The notes under the pieces: generated by a model
Seen by the model: the letters and a program-made list of their open reading frames with translations, nothing else
Database searches by the model: none
Told to the model about the DNA's origin: nothing
NCBI RefSeq assembly: GCF_004010195.1
Contig: NC_057718.1
Location: 67,052,732 to 67,116,731, forward strand
DNA length: 64,000 bases
Source of the DNA: Chiloscyllium plagiosum
Taxonomy: Eukaryota
Direction of reading: 5' to 3'
Translations under genes and position numbers: made by a program
Part shown: in pieces, positions 25,088-38,549 of the stretch
Layout of the letters: each line of letters opens with the position of its first letter
Numbering within the stretch: position 1 is the first letter of the stretch

Positions 25088-28042
25088 CCGAGCAGAGACT
25101 GTTAGCCAAGTTAGCTCTGGGACTAACTAACAACATAGGCAAAGCTAGGGTGGAGGACCTGTTTGGGGATTATCGAGCACGAGGAAGGAAAATGAAGTAC
25201 AGTTCCTCAAAGTTCATAATCTCCGGATTACTGCTCGAGCCACGTGCCAATTGGCATAGGGATAAGAAAATTAGGGAAGTAAACACGTGGCTAAGGGATT
25301 GGTGTGGGAAAGAGGGATTCCACTTCATGGGGCATTGGCATCAGTTTTGGAACCGTTGGGATGGTCTCCACCTGAACCGATCAGGTACCAATGTTCTAGC
25401 GAAGAGGATAAATAGGGTGGTCAGTAGGACTTTATACCTGAATGCTCGTAGCATTCATAACAAAGCAGACAAACTAATGGCACAGATCATCGTGAATGAA
25501 TCTGATGTGGTAGGCATCACAGAGACGTGGTTACAGGGGGGTCAGGACTGGCAGTTAAACATCCAAGGGTTTTCAACTTATTGAAAAGACAGGGAGGTGG
25601 GCAGAGGGGGCGTGGTTGCCTTGTTAGTTAAGAACAAAATTAAATCTATGGCACTGAATGACATATCGTCGGATGATGTGGAGTCTGTGTGGGTGGAATT
25701 GAGGAACCACAAAGGCAAAAAAACCATAGTGGGAGTTATGTACAGACCTCCTAACAGTGGTCAGGACTAGGGGCGCAACATGTACCGGGAAATAGAGAAG
25801 GCATGTCAGAAAGGCAAGGTCATGGTGATCATGGGAGACTTCAATATGCAGGTGGACTGGGTAAATAATGTTGCCAGTGGATCCAAAGAAAGGGAATTCA
25901 TGGAATGCTTACAGGATGGCTTTTTGGAACAGCTTGTCATGGAGCCCACAAGGGAGCAGACTATTCTGGACCTAGTACTATGTAATGAACCAGACTTTAT
26001 AAAAAATCTTAAAATAAAGGAACACTTATGAAGCAGCGATCATAATATGGTAGAGTTCAGTCTGCAGTTTGAAAGAGAGAAGGCAAAATCGGATGTAATG
26101 GTGTTACAGTTAAATAAAGGTAATTATGAGGGCATGAGAGAGGAACTGACGAAAATAGACTGGAAGCAGAGCCTAGCAGGGAAGACAGTAGAACATAAAT
26201 GGCAGGAGTTTATGGGTAAAATTGAGGACACTGTACAGAGGTTCATCCCCAAGAAGAGAAAGATTATCCGGGGAGGGATTAGACAGCCATGGCTGACAAA
26301 GGAAGTCAGGAAATCTATCAAAGAAAAAAAGAGATCCTATCAGAAGATTGGGAAGGCTACAAAAACAAACAGAGGATAACAAAGAGAGAAATAAGGAAGG
26401 AGAGGATCAAATATGAAGGTAGGCTAGCCAGTAATATTAGAAATGATAGGAAAAGTTTCTTTCAATACATAAGAAACAAACGACAGGCAAAAGTAGACAT
26501 TGGGCCACTTCAAACTAATGCTGGAAGCCTAGTGATGGGAGATAAGGAAATAGCAGGAGAACTTAACAAGTACTTTGCGTCAGTCTTCACAGTGGAAGAC
26601 ATGAATAATATCCCAATAATTAACGGGAGTCAGGGGGCTGAGTTGAGTATGGTTGCCATTACAAAAGAGAAAGTGCTAGAAAAACTAAAAGGTCTTAAAA
26701 TTGATAAATCTCCTGGCCCTGATGGATTACATCCTAGAGTTCTAAGGGAGGGGGCTGAGGAAATAGCGGAGGCGTTGGTTGAGATCTTTCAAAAGTCACT
26801 GGAGTCAGGGAAAGTCCAGGATGTTGGGAAGATCACTGTTGTAACCCCCTTGTTCAAGAAAGGATCAAGGCAAAAGATGGAAAATTATAGGCCAATCAGC
26901 TTAACCTCGGTTGTTGGTAAAATTCTAGAATCCATCATTAAGGATGAAGTTTCTAAATTCTTGGANNNNNNNNNNNNNNNNNNNNNNNNNNNNNNNNNNN
27001 NNNNNNNNNNNNNNNNNNNNNNNNNNNNNNNNNNNNNNNNNNNNNNNNNNNNNNNNNNNNNNNNNNNNNNNNNNNNNNNNNNNNNNNNNNNNNNNNNNNN
27101 NNNNNNNNNNNNNNNNNNNNNNNNNNNNNNNNNNNNNNNNNNNNNNNNNNNNNNNNNNNNNNNNNNNNNNNNNNNNNNNNNNNNNNNNNNNNNNNNNNNN
27201 NNNNNNNNNNNNNNNNNNNNNNNNNNNNNNNNNNNNNNNNNNNNNNNNNNNNNNNNNNNNNNNNNNNNNNNNNNNNNNNNNNNNNNNNNNNNNNNNNNNN
27301 NNNNNNNNNNNNNNNNNNNNNNNNNNNNNNNNNNNNNNNNNNNNNNNNNNNNNNNNNNNNNNNNNNNNNNNNNNNNNNNNNNNNNNNNNNNNNNNNNNNN
27401 NNNNNNNNNNNNNNNNNNNNNNNNNNNNNNNNNNNNNNNNNNNNNNNNNNNNNNNNNNNNNNNNNNNNNNNNNNNNNNNNNNNNNNNNNNNNNNNNNNNN
27501 NNNNNNNNNNNNNNNNNNNNNNNNNNNNNNNNNNNNNNNNNNNNNNNNNNNNNNNNNNNNNNNNNNNNNNNNNNNNNNNNNNNNNNNNNNNNNNNNNNNN
27601 NNNNNNNNNNNNNNNNNNNNNNNNNNNNNNNNNNNNNNNNNNNNNNNNNNNNNNNNNNNNNNNNNNNNNNNNNNNNNNNNNNNNNNNNNNNNNNNNNNNN
27701 NNNNNNNNNNNNNNNNNNNNNNNNNNNNNNNNNNNNNNNNNNNNNNNNNNNNNNNNNNNNNNNNNNNNNNNNNNNNNNNNNAGAACAGAAATACGGAGAC
27801 ATTTCTTCAGCCAGAGAGTGGTGGGACTGTGGAATTCATTGCCACAGAGTGCAGTGGAGGCTGGGACGCGAAATGTCTTCAAGGCAGAAATTGATAAATT
27901 CTTGATGTCACAAGGAATTAAGGGCTATGGGGAGAATGCGGATAAGTGGAGTTGAAATGCCCATCAGCCATGATTGAATGGCGGAGTGGACTCGATGGGC
28001 CGAATGGCCTTACTTCCGCTCCTATGTCTTATGGTCTTATGG
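25088..28042 (+). mobile_element. CR1 LINE (ORF1 esterase C-terminus, endonuclease, RT; contains a gap)
   Basis: WDGLHLN, YLNARSI, VGITETWL, GDFN, KSPGPDGLHPRVL, NYRPISLTSVVGK and (tcttatgg)n tail. Confidence 0.93.
26966..27781. other. Assembly gap
   Basis: Run of N. Confidence 1.
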
Positions 28043-29502
28043 ACTCAAGAGTGGGATAAGGACAGACCTCACACCTTTAATGCATTGTCTGAGCTGAGAT
28101 GTCACCTTTCATTTTAAAACCTTAAGTTATCTTGAGAAAGTTCTGGGATTTACATATTAAAGAAGCAAAACCAGAAACCCATTCTAAAAGATGAAAAACT
28201 TAACAAACTAGGTTTGTTCAATATATCATTTCAGTTCCATGAGACTGTAATCTTTTGCTATAAATTCTGTGTCTTATGGTCCTGCGTCACAACCAGGATG
28301 ATGAAGAAGCAGCGCTTTGAAAGCTAGTGCTTCCAAATAAACCTGTTGTTGTGTGATTTTTAACTTTGTTTACCCCAACACCAAATCATGGCTCTAATAC
28401 ACTTCCATGTTTACAAAAAGCAATGCCACAAAATCGAGGAGTACTATTCAGTCAATCTTCATTTTTTAATAGAAGTTCCATCTCTGTTAATGCCTGCCCG
28501 CCCAAGCAGCAACTTTTTGCTTTTAACTGGCAGCAGACTGCAAATTTCTCTTTTTTTGGCTGCCATGACATATGATAGGATGAGCTGTTCGGCAACAAGT
28601 ACTTTCCTTTCTGATCATGGCTCTTGAATTCCTTTTCCATCTCATCATGTGGGAATTTGACAATTTTAGTGCATTTAAATCAAGTTTGTACTGAGTGAGT
28701 TCACTAACGAATAGTTCTGGGGTTCTGAAGAACAGTCATGCTAGACTTGAAAAATTAACTTTGTTTCTTTCTACACACATGCTGGCAGACCAGTTTATTT
28801 TAGATCTCCAGCATCCATTGTATTTTGCCTTGCTTAGACTAACAGCTATCTTATTAGCATTTATTTTGTTTTCAATATGGCATAATCTTGGTATAGAATC
28901 AATTTCTAGAACATCAGGAAAATATCAGTCAATTTGGTAAAGCTCAAGGGCCATTGTAATGTTAGAGTATGGTACAATAATACAATTTGACTTTAAAAAT
29001 GCCCATCCACAATAATTTTACATGATAAACTCAGATGTTAGTGGTCTTCTGATTTTGATTGAAATTTCCATTGTAACCTAAATTCATAAAAGTTTTATTT
29101 ATGTCTGTTGCTAGTATGAGTATTAATGCTTGTTTTCTTAATTGATATATTCGAGGCAACTATTCCACTAAATGAAATAATTTAGGTGCATATTTTCCTT
29201 CTTGTGCTGAAGTTTCTTTAAAATTATTTGATGATAATGTTTACAATAAATCCAAAGTAATGTTTGGCAGCATTAAATATATGTTGCTTGAATGCAAAAC
29301 AGTATTTAAACAACTAAATCTTTTTTTCCTGCATGACGGCTAAATTATTCGGAAGAAATTAAATAGTTGCACAGCAGAAATCTGAAGTCTCCAAATTATT
29401 TGGGAAGCAAAACAAATTGGTAATTATAACTGTTTTTACAAGACAATAGAATTTAAATACAATAAAACATAAATATAGTTCTGCATTATAAAACATATTG
29501 CA

Positions 29503-30925
29503 ATTTGTGTGTGGAGCCACAGAAAATGGGGAATCCTGGACCATAAGACACAGAATTTATAGCAAAAGATTACAGTCTCATGGAACTGAAATACTAAATG
29601 AGTATTTTGCATCAGTATTTACTGTGGAAAAGGATATGGAAGATATAGACTGTAGGGAAATAAATGGTGATATCTTGCAAAATGTCCAGATTACAGAGGT
29701 GGAAGTGCTGGATGTCTTGAAACGGTTAAAGGTGCGTAAATCCCAGGACCTCATCAGGTGTACCCGAGAACTCTGTGGGAAGCTAGAGAAGTGATTGTTG
29801 GGCCTCTTGCTAAGATATTTGTATCAAAGATAGTCACAGGTGAGGTGCCGGAAGACTGAAGATTGGCAAACGTGGTGCCAATGTTTAAGAAGGGCGGTAA
29901 AGACAAGCCAGGGAACTATAGACCGGTGAGCCTGACCTCGGTGGTGGGCAAGTTGTTGGAGGGAATTCTGAGAAACAGGATGTACATATATTTGGAAAGT
30001 CAAGGACTGATTAGGGATAGTCAACATGGCTTTATGCGTGGGAAATCATGTTTCACAAACTTGATTGAGTTTTTTAAAGAAGTAACAAACAGGATTGATG
30101 AGGGCAGAGCAGTAGATGTGATCTATATGACACCAAAATTGGAGGTGTAATGGACAGCGAAGAGGATTACCTCAGATTACAACAGGATCTGAACCAGATG
30201 GGCCAATGGGATGAGAAGTGGCAGATGGAGTTTAATTCAGATAAATGCAAGGTGCTGCATTTTGGGAAAGCAAATCTTAGCAGGACTTATACACTTAATG
30301 GTAAGTTCTTAGTGAGTGTTGCTGAACAAAAAGACCTTGGAGTGCAGGTTCATAGCTCCTTGAAAGTGGAGTCGCAGGTAGATAGGATGGTGAAGAAGGC
30401 GTTTGGTATGCTTTCCTTTATTGGTCAGAGTATTGAGTACAGGAGTTGGGAGGTCATGTTGCGGCTGTACAGGACATTGGTTAGGCCACTGTTGGAATAT
30501 TGCATGCAATTCTGGTCTCCTTCCTATCGAAAAGATGTTGTGAAACTTGAAAGGGTTCAGAAAAGATTTACAAGGATGTTGCCAGGATTGGAGGATCTCA
30601 GCTACAGGGAGAGGCTGAACAGGGTAGGGCTGTTTTCCCTGGAGCGTCAGAGGCTGAGGGGAGACCTTACGGAGGTTAACAAAATTATGAGGGGCATGGA
30701 TAGGATAAATAGACAAAGTCTTTTTCCTGGGGTGGGGGAGTGCAGAACTAGAGGGCATAGGTTTAGGGTGAGAGGGGAAAGATATAAAAGAGACCTAAGG
30801 GGCAATTTTTTCACGCAGAGGGTGGTACATGTATGGAATGAGCTGCCAGAGAATGTGGCGGAGGCTGGTGCAATTGCAACGTTTAAGAGGAATTTGGATG
30901 GTTATATGAATAGGAGTGGTTATTT
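29503..30925 (+). mobile_element. CR1 LINE fragment with an internal RT deletion and a 55-bp foreign insert
   Basis: NYRPVSLTSVVGK and SQHGF, ORF 30150-30932. VDVIYM is joined directly to the DDTK region at ~30130. Confidence 0.92.
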
Positions 30926-32394
30926 AGCCTGAGGGTCTGATGCCTCAGGTGAAGAGCTATGTTAAGTAGGAGAATCCTTCATAGTAACCTCAGCCAGTCC
31001 ATGTTTTTGACATCATTCTGCATTGCAAACCAGCTGTCCAATTCTGCTGTCTTCATCATAGTCCTCATCACAATTTCCTTTCATTATATCCTGCAAATAT
31101 AGAGTTATTATTCTAACATGGCTCTGATGATGAATCAACTAGACTGAAAACACTGGCTTGCTGTCTCTCCATGGATGCTGCCTGACCCGCTGTGATCACC
31201 AGCATTTTTTGTTTTTAGTTGAGCTTGGTCTCCACAGTGCAGGAAGGATGAATAGTCTAGTTTTATTTTGATGGTCTTGTCCTTGTTGTGTGCTAATTTT
31301 ACTCAAACCTGTATTCTTTCCTGTTAGAAGAAACCAATGACACCACTCGAGATTACTCCACTCCTGCTCATTTACTGGGAAATTTAAATCAGGGACACAG
31401 ACTGAATTGTATGAGATATATGATCAAAAATAAGTACCATTTTACAATTTCCCAGGTGCAGGTTTCTTAACAGGAGGAGAGCAGGTGATGCCTCTAAACA
31501 TTTGCATGGCTTTCAACTTTAAAGTTGGCAGGTGAGGTCTGAGCCACTTAATTATTCATCACTTATAACCACTTCCCAGCCCAATCCTAATTTCTCAGCT
31601 CACAGGAAGAGGTCAGGGATTACAGAAACTTGACAACATAATATTTTTGGGCATCTCACTAAGAAGTGAGATACTCTTCCTTCAAGGGTCTCCTATTCTG
31701 AGGATAACCCCTCTCTCTGGGGTTTCCCTTCCATACCTGACCTTTGCACTTCAGTTCCTGCTTGCTGTCTCCACCCCTCCTTCTGCCCTTCTTCAAGACT
31801 GAAAGTATTCTCAACTGAGACACCAATTCTATTGGTCCTGGTAGGAACAAAGAGCTACCAATAAATCAGATAGCCAGCAGTTCTTGGAGCCTGGCTTTCC
31901 TACCCAGTGGGCTTGGAAAACCCACCTTGAGATAACAATACTCCTTGGTAATAAATGATTGGGGGCACAGAGTTGGGGGATGGGGGAAGAGTGTGATACA
32001 CCTGTGCAAAAGAAGTGGTCTTGAGGTCTCTACCAACTTGTTTGGAAGCCATAAACTAACTAATTATTGTTCATTAAATGGTCTCCCACAAGTTAAAAAG
32101 TTGTAATTTAAAGGAGGAAGCCAATTTAAAGAATGTTCTTCCAGTATTATATTCTAACAGATATTCTGAAATGTACTTCGCAATAAATTAGACAATACTT
32201 TTATTTGCAGAGGGACACAATTTCAGATCTCATTTTTATCAAGTGATGTGTGGCTGGTAACTATTGTTGGAGTAAACCAATAACTGCCATAGGTTGTAAG
32301 CAATCCATAGCTCCCAGCTTGACCAATTCTAGGTATCGAATGAAAGGTGGAAGCCATCAATTTAAACCAAGCACGCAGTGTTGAACTATATAAA

Positions 32395-32490
32395 AGGTAA
32401 AAACAACGACTGCAGATGCTGGAAACCAGATTCTGGATTCGTGGTGCTGGAAGAGCACAGCAGTTCAGGCAGCATCCAAGGAGCAGCGAA
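32395..32490 (-). mobile_element. PLE 3' terminal fragment
   Basis: gactgcagatgctggaaaccagattctggatt..gtgctggaagagcacagcagttcaggcagcatcc. Confidence 0.75.
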
Positions 32491-32757
32491 ACCTCGATCA
32501 TCCAAACATAAATTATCCAAATTTCGGATCATTTTAACAAGATCTTAAGGTCTCATAAAAATGGAATTAGGCATCTCAGCATTCAGTTATCAGTTAAATG
32601 GCATTGTGGCGTGCATTGCTGGATAACTGAGAAATGTTCGCATAACCAGCACTCTTAAATTACTGCTTGTTTACAATCAGATTGATTATTCGAATGATCA
32701 ATTATCTGAACAAAATATTCCCCACCCGTCTCATTCAGATAATCGAGGTTCTACTGT
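32490..32757. mobile_element. Tc1/mariner (Tigger-like) MITE, left end clipped
   Basis: Inverted ends aacctcgatcatc / gataatcgaggttctactg with internal ttatc(c/t)gaa repeats. Related to 52173-52330. Confidence 0.6.
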
Positions 32758-34894
32758 TTTCTATTTTCTTATACTTAAACACCAACATGAGTAGTAATTA
32801 CTGCAGAATCTGTTCCGTACCTTTGATGAACTCATGTTACAAATCCACTATGAGTGTTCATTGAAATCACAGGAATACATTGTGATATTGCACAATAAGT
32901 TGGTAGAAAACTCTGGAAACAGGTCAAATGATCCTTTTTTAAAAAAATTGTGTTAATATAGTTTAATTTGTAATTAATGAAAGCTAGTTCAATCCCCTAA
33001 GTTGGTATAGTTTTTTTATTATTGAGTTTACAATTCACTGTGAAAGTTGTCTTTTAAATTTACTCTTCAAGCTTGACTATAGCAATAAGTAGTTTGTTCA
33101 AACACTTACATCAATCCAGCTTTCAATCCATGCATACGACTTATAATGCATGAAAAGACATAGAATGTAGACATGGAGGCAAGGAGACACAAGTTGGTCA
33201 ATCTCTCCCAATCATTGTGCAGCCATGATTTTAGATCTACCAAAGTACTTTCTTTAACCTTATTACTATAAACAAAGTGCAAAAATTTACCAAGTTCTTA
33301 AAATTTGAGAGACTGATTTGCTCACTTTTTCAGTATTTCATTCTTAACAATGTATCTCTGTCAGGAGAACAAAGTTATTTTATCAAATTGTGTGCTGATC
33401 TCATAGGCAATGAGTTAATGGAGATATGTGATTAGTTTGAATTTATAGGGGCCTGAGTGATGTGGACTATGGTGAAATTTGTGACAGAATTGGACAAAAA
33501 ATCCGGGAAGGCTTACCTCAGTGTTGCGTGCAACTCACTACAACTTATGATTTTGACAAGCAGTGAGGCAAGTTTCTCAAACAGCAACAGAAATTGCTGG
33601 AGAATTTCAGCAAGTCTGCCAGCACCAGTGGAGAGAAAGCATAGTTAATATTTTGAGTTCAATGACTCCTTCAGAACCACAAATTCCATGCTAACCAGTG
33701 ACAAGTTGCCAGTTAAGCTGTTTGTCAATTGCCTCATTAATGCTATTGAAAAATTTTGAAATGAAAATCAGAGTGGATATCTAGCAGCTGCAGCTTACCA
33801 TTGGCCGTAAAGAGCATCTATGTTGATTAGCACCAAACAAATCGCACAATCCACAGGCATCATCCATGCATATTCTTCATCAAGGCATTTGCCAACCCCT
33901 CACAACCATCATGACTCCTTCTCAATCCTCTTGTAGGCTATTTTAGAGGCACAGACTTGCATTGTGGGATACACCAACAACTAAGGTTGCAGTAGAGACA
34001 CTTACTCACTGGAATAGGCAGATAGCTCACAGGTTGGACAAGGCTGCATTTCAGAGCTGTCACTTACTCTCTTAGCACTCGCTGACCTGGCACCTGTTTC
34101 ATACTCACAGTATCCATGCCTTGCTTTGCCTTTTAATACCATGCCTGTTAGTGTGTTGGCACTTCAGCCAGAGTTAACAGCAAGCAGTACTGCCATTCTG
34201 CACACACATGCATAAGGGCTGCTTGGCATGGTTGTGAGTAGGAATCTGACCAGGGCTGGGACAGCTTGATGTGTGACACATTGAGATATCAGTTTAAAAC
34301 CTATAATATGTGCACCTGCCTGTGCAGTATGCATTTCAAACATTTATTCAACTAAATGGCCATATCAGAAACTGGGTGGGGGCTAGTCCTCAGTCCAGAT
34401 AAGGGGGTGCAATTGTTAGCTGAGGAGTCTGAGCACTGTCAGTTAGGGACACAGTCTGTACACAGTCCAGGGCTTGGCAACAGTCATCAGCTTGAGACAC
34501 TCACCATCAAAGATCAGTCTTAGTGTAGTGAACATCACTTTGTTCAGAACCAGCAGTTAGGAGAGTCATATCTCACCAGACAGGGAGCTGCAAAGAGAGC
34601 AGTCAAGAGTCTGTTTAATCACGTATAGGAACTTCCTCAACCCATCAGAAGTCTGAGGAGAATGCAGACTTGAGTACCCATCTGTCAATCATTAAGGAGG
34701 GTGGAAGGGACGGCCTTTAGGTGCTGGGGGTCAAAAGGTGGTGGAGATTCAAGGTTGGGGAGGGTGAACATGGAAGCTCTGAGCCTGTACCTGGTAACTA
34801 AGTGGAGTGCAGTGCTGACGTGTCTACAGTGAGCTGCATTCCCTGCAATCACTTGCTGTTCTCTAGATGTGAAATGCAACTGAAAACTCTAACT

Positions 34895-35255
34895 CAGCTA
34901 TATAAAATTAGGAGAGGTATAGATAGGGTAGATTGTGAGAATTTTTCCCATGGCAGACATGTCTAAGACCAGACACTGTAAGTTTAAGGTGAGGAGTAAG
35001 TGGTTTAGAGGGGATCTGAGAAAAATATTTTCACACAGAGTGATAGAAATATAGAATATGCTGCCTGAGAAGGTGGTTGAGACAGATAATCTCGCAATAT
35101 TTAAAAAGCATCTGAATGATTACTTAAAATGCCAGGGCTTACTAGGAAATGGAACAACTGCAACCAAATGGAATTACTGTGGTATAGTTTGGTGTTTTTG
35201 GTCATCATAGAAATGGTGGGCCAACGGGCCAGTTTTTATGCTGTTTGACTCTATA
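34895..35255 (+). mobile_element. CR1 3' remnant
   Basis: tttaaggtgagg..tttagaggggatctgag..ttttcacacagag and a CR1-type 3' UTR. Confidence 0.7.
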
Positions 35256-35789
35256 AAGAGTGGTGTGCAGAGTCTGTGTCATTTTGATGGGTGAAATCTG
35301 GAGGTCCACGTTTACTGGATGTCAGGATATAGAAGGGACAAATAGATAAAGAATGGGTTTGTAAACTGCCGCTACATTTCACTTGCAAACATTTCTTTAT
35401 ACAAATGTAATATATACAGAGTGAACATGCTTATGCATCAAATATTGCTCGAATGTGCATTGCATCACGTTAGCTAAACTAACATGGTCACCTTAGTGAT
35501 GTAGAAATTTTCCACAAAAACTAAAGAAGAGGTGAATGCTGTCCAAAACCTCCCTATCCATTGTCAAATTTCCAACGTTGCTGTGAACCAAGGAGATCTT
35601 TACTTCACCATATGTCACCTAAGTGTGACTATGGACTCCAATGAACACAATGGAAAGTGAAATTGTTGATGTGGGTCAGGAATGGAAGGAAGTTTGGAGC
35701 TCAACAAACATTCCCTTTTGGATGTAATACATTGGTCATTCAGTCAGTGCAGCATCTTTGGCAAGTTGGTGACATATTGTGGAGCAGAC

Positions 35790-35910
35790 AATAGTTCCAC
35801 TGAAGTTGTAGTTCCACAGCTTGAACAGTCTAGGGTGCTGCCCAGTATAGCCTAGAGCTTCACTATCCTGGTCTGCCATGTTATGTACAATTGACGTGCG
35901 CAGCAAGGCA
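35790..35910 (+). mobile_element. Possible Harbinger transposase C-terminal remnant
   Basis: GAAQYSLE..ILVCHVMYN resembles the GALQYSP..IVVCC.LHN end of HARBI1-type DDE domains. Confidence 0.4.
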
Positions 35911-38549
35911 ATGTGATAATTGCTGAGGATTTGGGGAAGAGAGCAGTCATCTGAAGAGAAGGATGAACTAGGTGTAACTCTCTTTGTGGTGACAGAGTTT
36001 AATTGTACTGGGCACTACATGGCAGCCCATTAGATGTCAACTATGTGCAGAAGACCATCATGGACAATTATGGTTAAGTTGCCAGCATTTAGTTCTCATT
36101 GTAGGTGTGAACTGCAGCCTATATTTGTTTCCTTTGTATTTTCTTTTGCTGGCTATCAATAAAAGCTTGTATTTAGATATGTCCAAACACCTGCCTGTAT
36201 ATGATGTTCTCATAATGGACAATAACAAGGTACAGGTAAGCACTAGGCATTGGGGAAAGATAAAGGGATGCAGATAAAGTGTGTAGCCTGGTTGTTAAGT
36301 AATGAACAGGCAGAAAAAATATGTTTGCATGTGCAAGGGAGAGTCAGCCGTGGCAATGACTTGGTTTTGTGACTGTTGTGGCATTACGCAGCTGATGAGG
36401 GGTGTTGCTGTATTGCCAATGCTTATATGTGTTTTTTAAACATGGCATGTGTGCAAGAGTTGCTGGGCCCTTGATGGATATGTGTTGAATGGGAAGTTTT
36501 TCTGGGAATGGTACATGTGGCTAGAATCAAATGTGAGGGATACCATTGGGACTGGATAGGTAGTTAAAAAGGTGTGTTGGTAAGATATGGTGAGACATCT
36601 CATTACATCACAAGTGAGACTCCTTCCAAAAAATGCAATGCAACTCACACTGAGCCAAAAAATGTAAGATTTACCTCTACATTTCCACAAGCAGTGAATG
36701 TGTTCTATTGGTGCATAAAAACCTCAGTATTTTACTGAATTCAATCATGATTTTAAATCTTTTGATTAACTCAATTAAAATCACTTACTAGGACATCCGT
36801 ATGGTTCAGATTGTAAAGAGTCTTGGTCAGATCCCATCACTGAATTATGTCCAGTTATGGTCACTGAAACTCAGGAAGTATGTATTAATCTAGGGACAGA
36901 CAATAAATATTGGCTAGCCAGTGATGTCCACAAATAAATTTTAAATCAATTTAGTATAATGTAGATTTACCAAAATGATACCAGATCTGAAATTATGATG
37001 AAAGGTTGAATAATAATGGATTGCATTCCTTAGTGGATACACAATTGTGAGATGTTCAAATTAAGATGCATAAAATTATAAAACAATTCATTGAAGTAAA
37101 TATAGGTTACAGTTTAAATATTCTGAAAATTGTTTCATGTTCTGATTAGTATAAAATTAGAAGTTTAACTTTTCAAAGAAATTGTACATGCATTTTTTAA
37201 TAAATTGTATATCGGCCTTAAAATTACAGCAAAGGATACAAATGTACATGCTTATTTTGAATGCATTCTCTTCTAACTGGCATTTAAAAGATTTGAAAGA
37301 ATGGAATAATTATTTCTACTAAAATAGTATATAGAGGGAAACAGACCATAAACATTCATTTATAATGGCCATGGTTTTACCAAAATTACAAATTGTTTTT
37401 TATATTAAAAAGCATTTCTTTGTTTAATTGAGTTTCCTCTAAATCTAGGTCAATGACACATACTTCACATGTTTATGTACTTTTCAGTTTTGTAATTGAC
37501 AGATTAGTTTTATAAAGAAGGTTCTTTGCCTATGCAATGACAGTTACTCCAAAGTTAAGACTTCGTTGTATGGAGTACTTTTAGATGTTTTTGTTATGTC
37601 TTCTGATTTCTACAAGTCTGAAATATAAGACCCTTAAAGATAAAATTATCTGCAACTTTCTTCAAATGTATTTCACATATCTCACTATGCTTTGCAGACT
37701 AACACACCACTGTTCAATATCCTGACTATAGTATAGCAGTGAGTGATGTGGTATCTGCATACTTATGTATGCATATGTTTGAATGCATAATTTAAACAAA
37801 TACAATAATATAACAATTTTAATGAGAAGATGAGTCATGCTCTATTTCAAGTGAAGCATAGAACATGGATTCACATTCAAATATCTTTGCTCAGAAAATA
37901 GTTGTTTTGAATTGTTATGTAATTTAAGAATTTATGTAATAAACTTTGAATGCCTTGATCAAAGAGGTCCAAGGACCTAATCACTCACTCCTACATATAA
38001 ATCATTCATAAAGATATTGGAAGTAATGAACAATCAAGTTGTATTACTATTACAAATACAAATGAATAACCTCAATGGAAATGTTAATTGAAATGCAATG
38101 TCTGCATTGTAAAAAAGAATGAGATAAGCTGGTTTGGTTGCCTTCTCTGATTCCTCATTTGCAATATTCTGAGACTTTAAGATGTTTCCATGGACCTTTG
38201 CTTCTTTTTCTCTACAATTATGCTGTTGCCCTATAAAGAACCCATGAATTTTGTCAGAAATCTGTTGTGTCAATTTTAGCAAGATTCATGGATAGTCTCT
38301 GCCTGTGAACAAGATTTTCACACTGTTCTCTGAAACATGCCTCTATTACCAATGCACCAGATCTCAATGGTGCTTTGCTCTTCCTTGTCTCCAGAGGGAT
38401 ATACTCACCACTATTGGGATCTCCTTGGATTCCCGTTGCTGGCGCCATAATTAAAATGCAGCTGTGCATTGGGATAAGTGGTATCATTCTAAAGCTGTCC
38501 TGCATGAATACTATGAATTGCCAGGAGATAGTAGACAGAGTAAAGATAT

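Larger units (their letters stand above)
24055..28370. mobile_element. PLE with GIY-YIG remnant and ~330-bp inverted termini, split by a CR1
   Basis: Minus 24820-25085 reads AWYIGETKQ..RQRING..PVGEHL..LIAKFRTHEDGLNQDLG. GT/GA microsatellite at 24540-24810. 24055-24415 is inverted relative to 28043-28367. Confidence 0.85.

Noticed and set aside
26289..27905. 538-aa and ~310-aa ORFs
   Set aside because: Artefacts of reading through the N gap inside a CR1.
32211..32283. SDVWLVTIVGV resembling HCN S6 SDVWL..IVGA
   Set aside because: No pore motif, wrong spacing and an immediate stop; likely chance.
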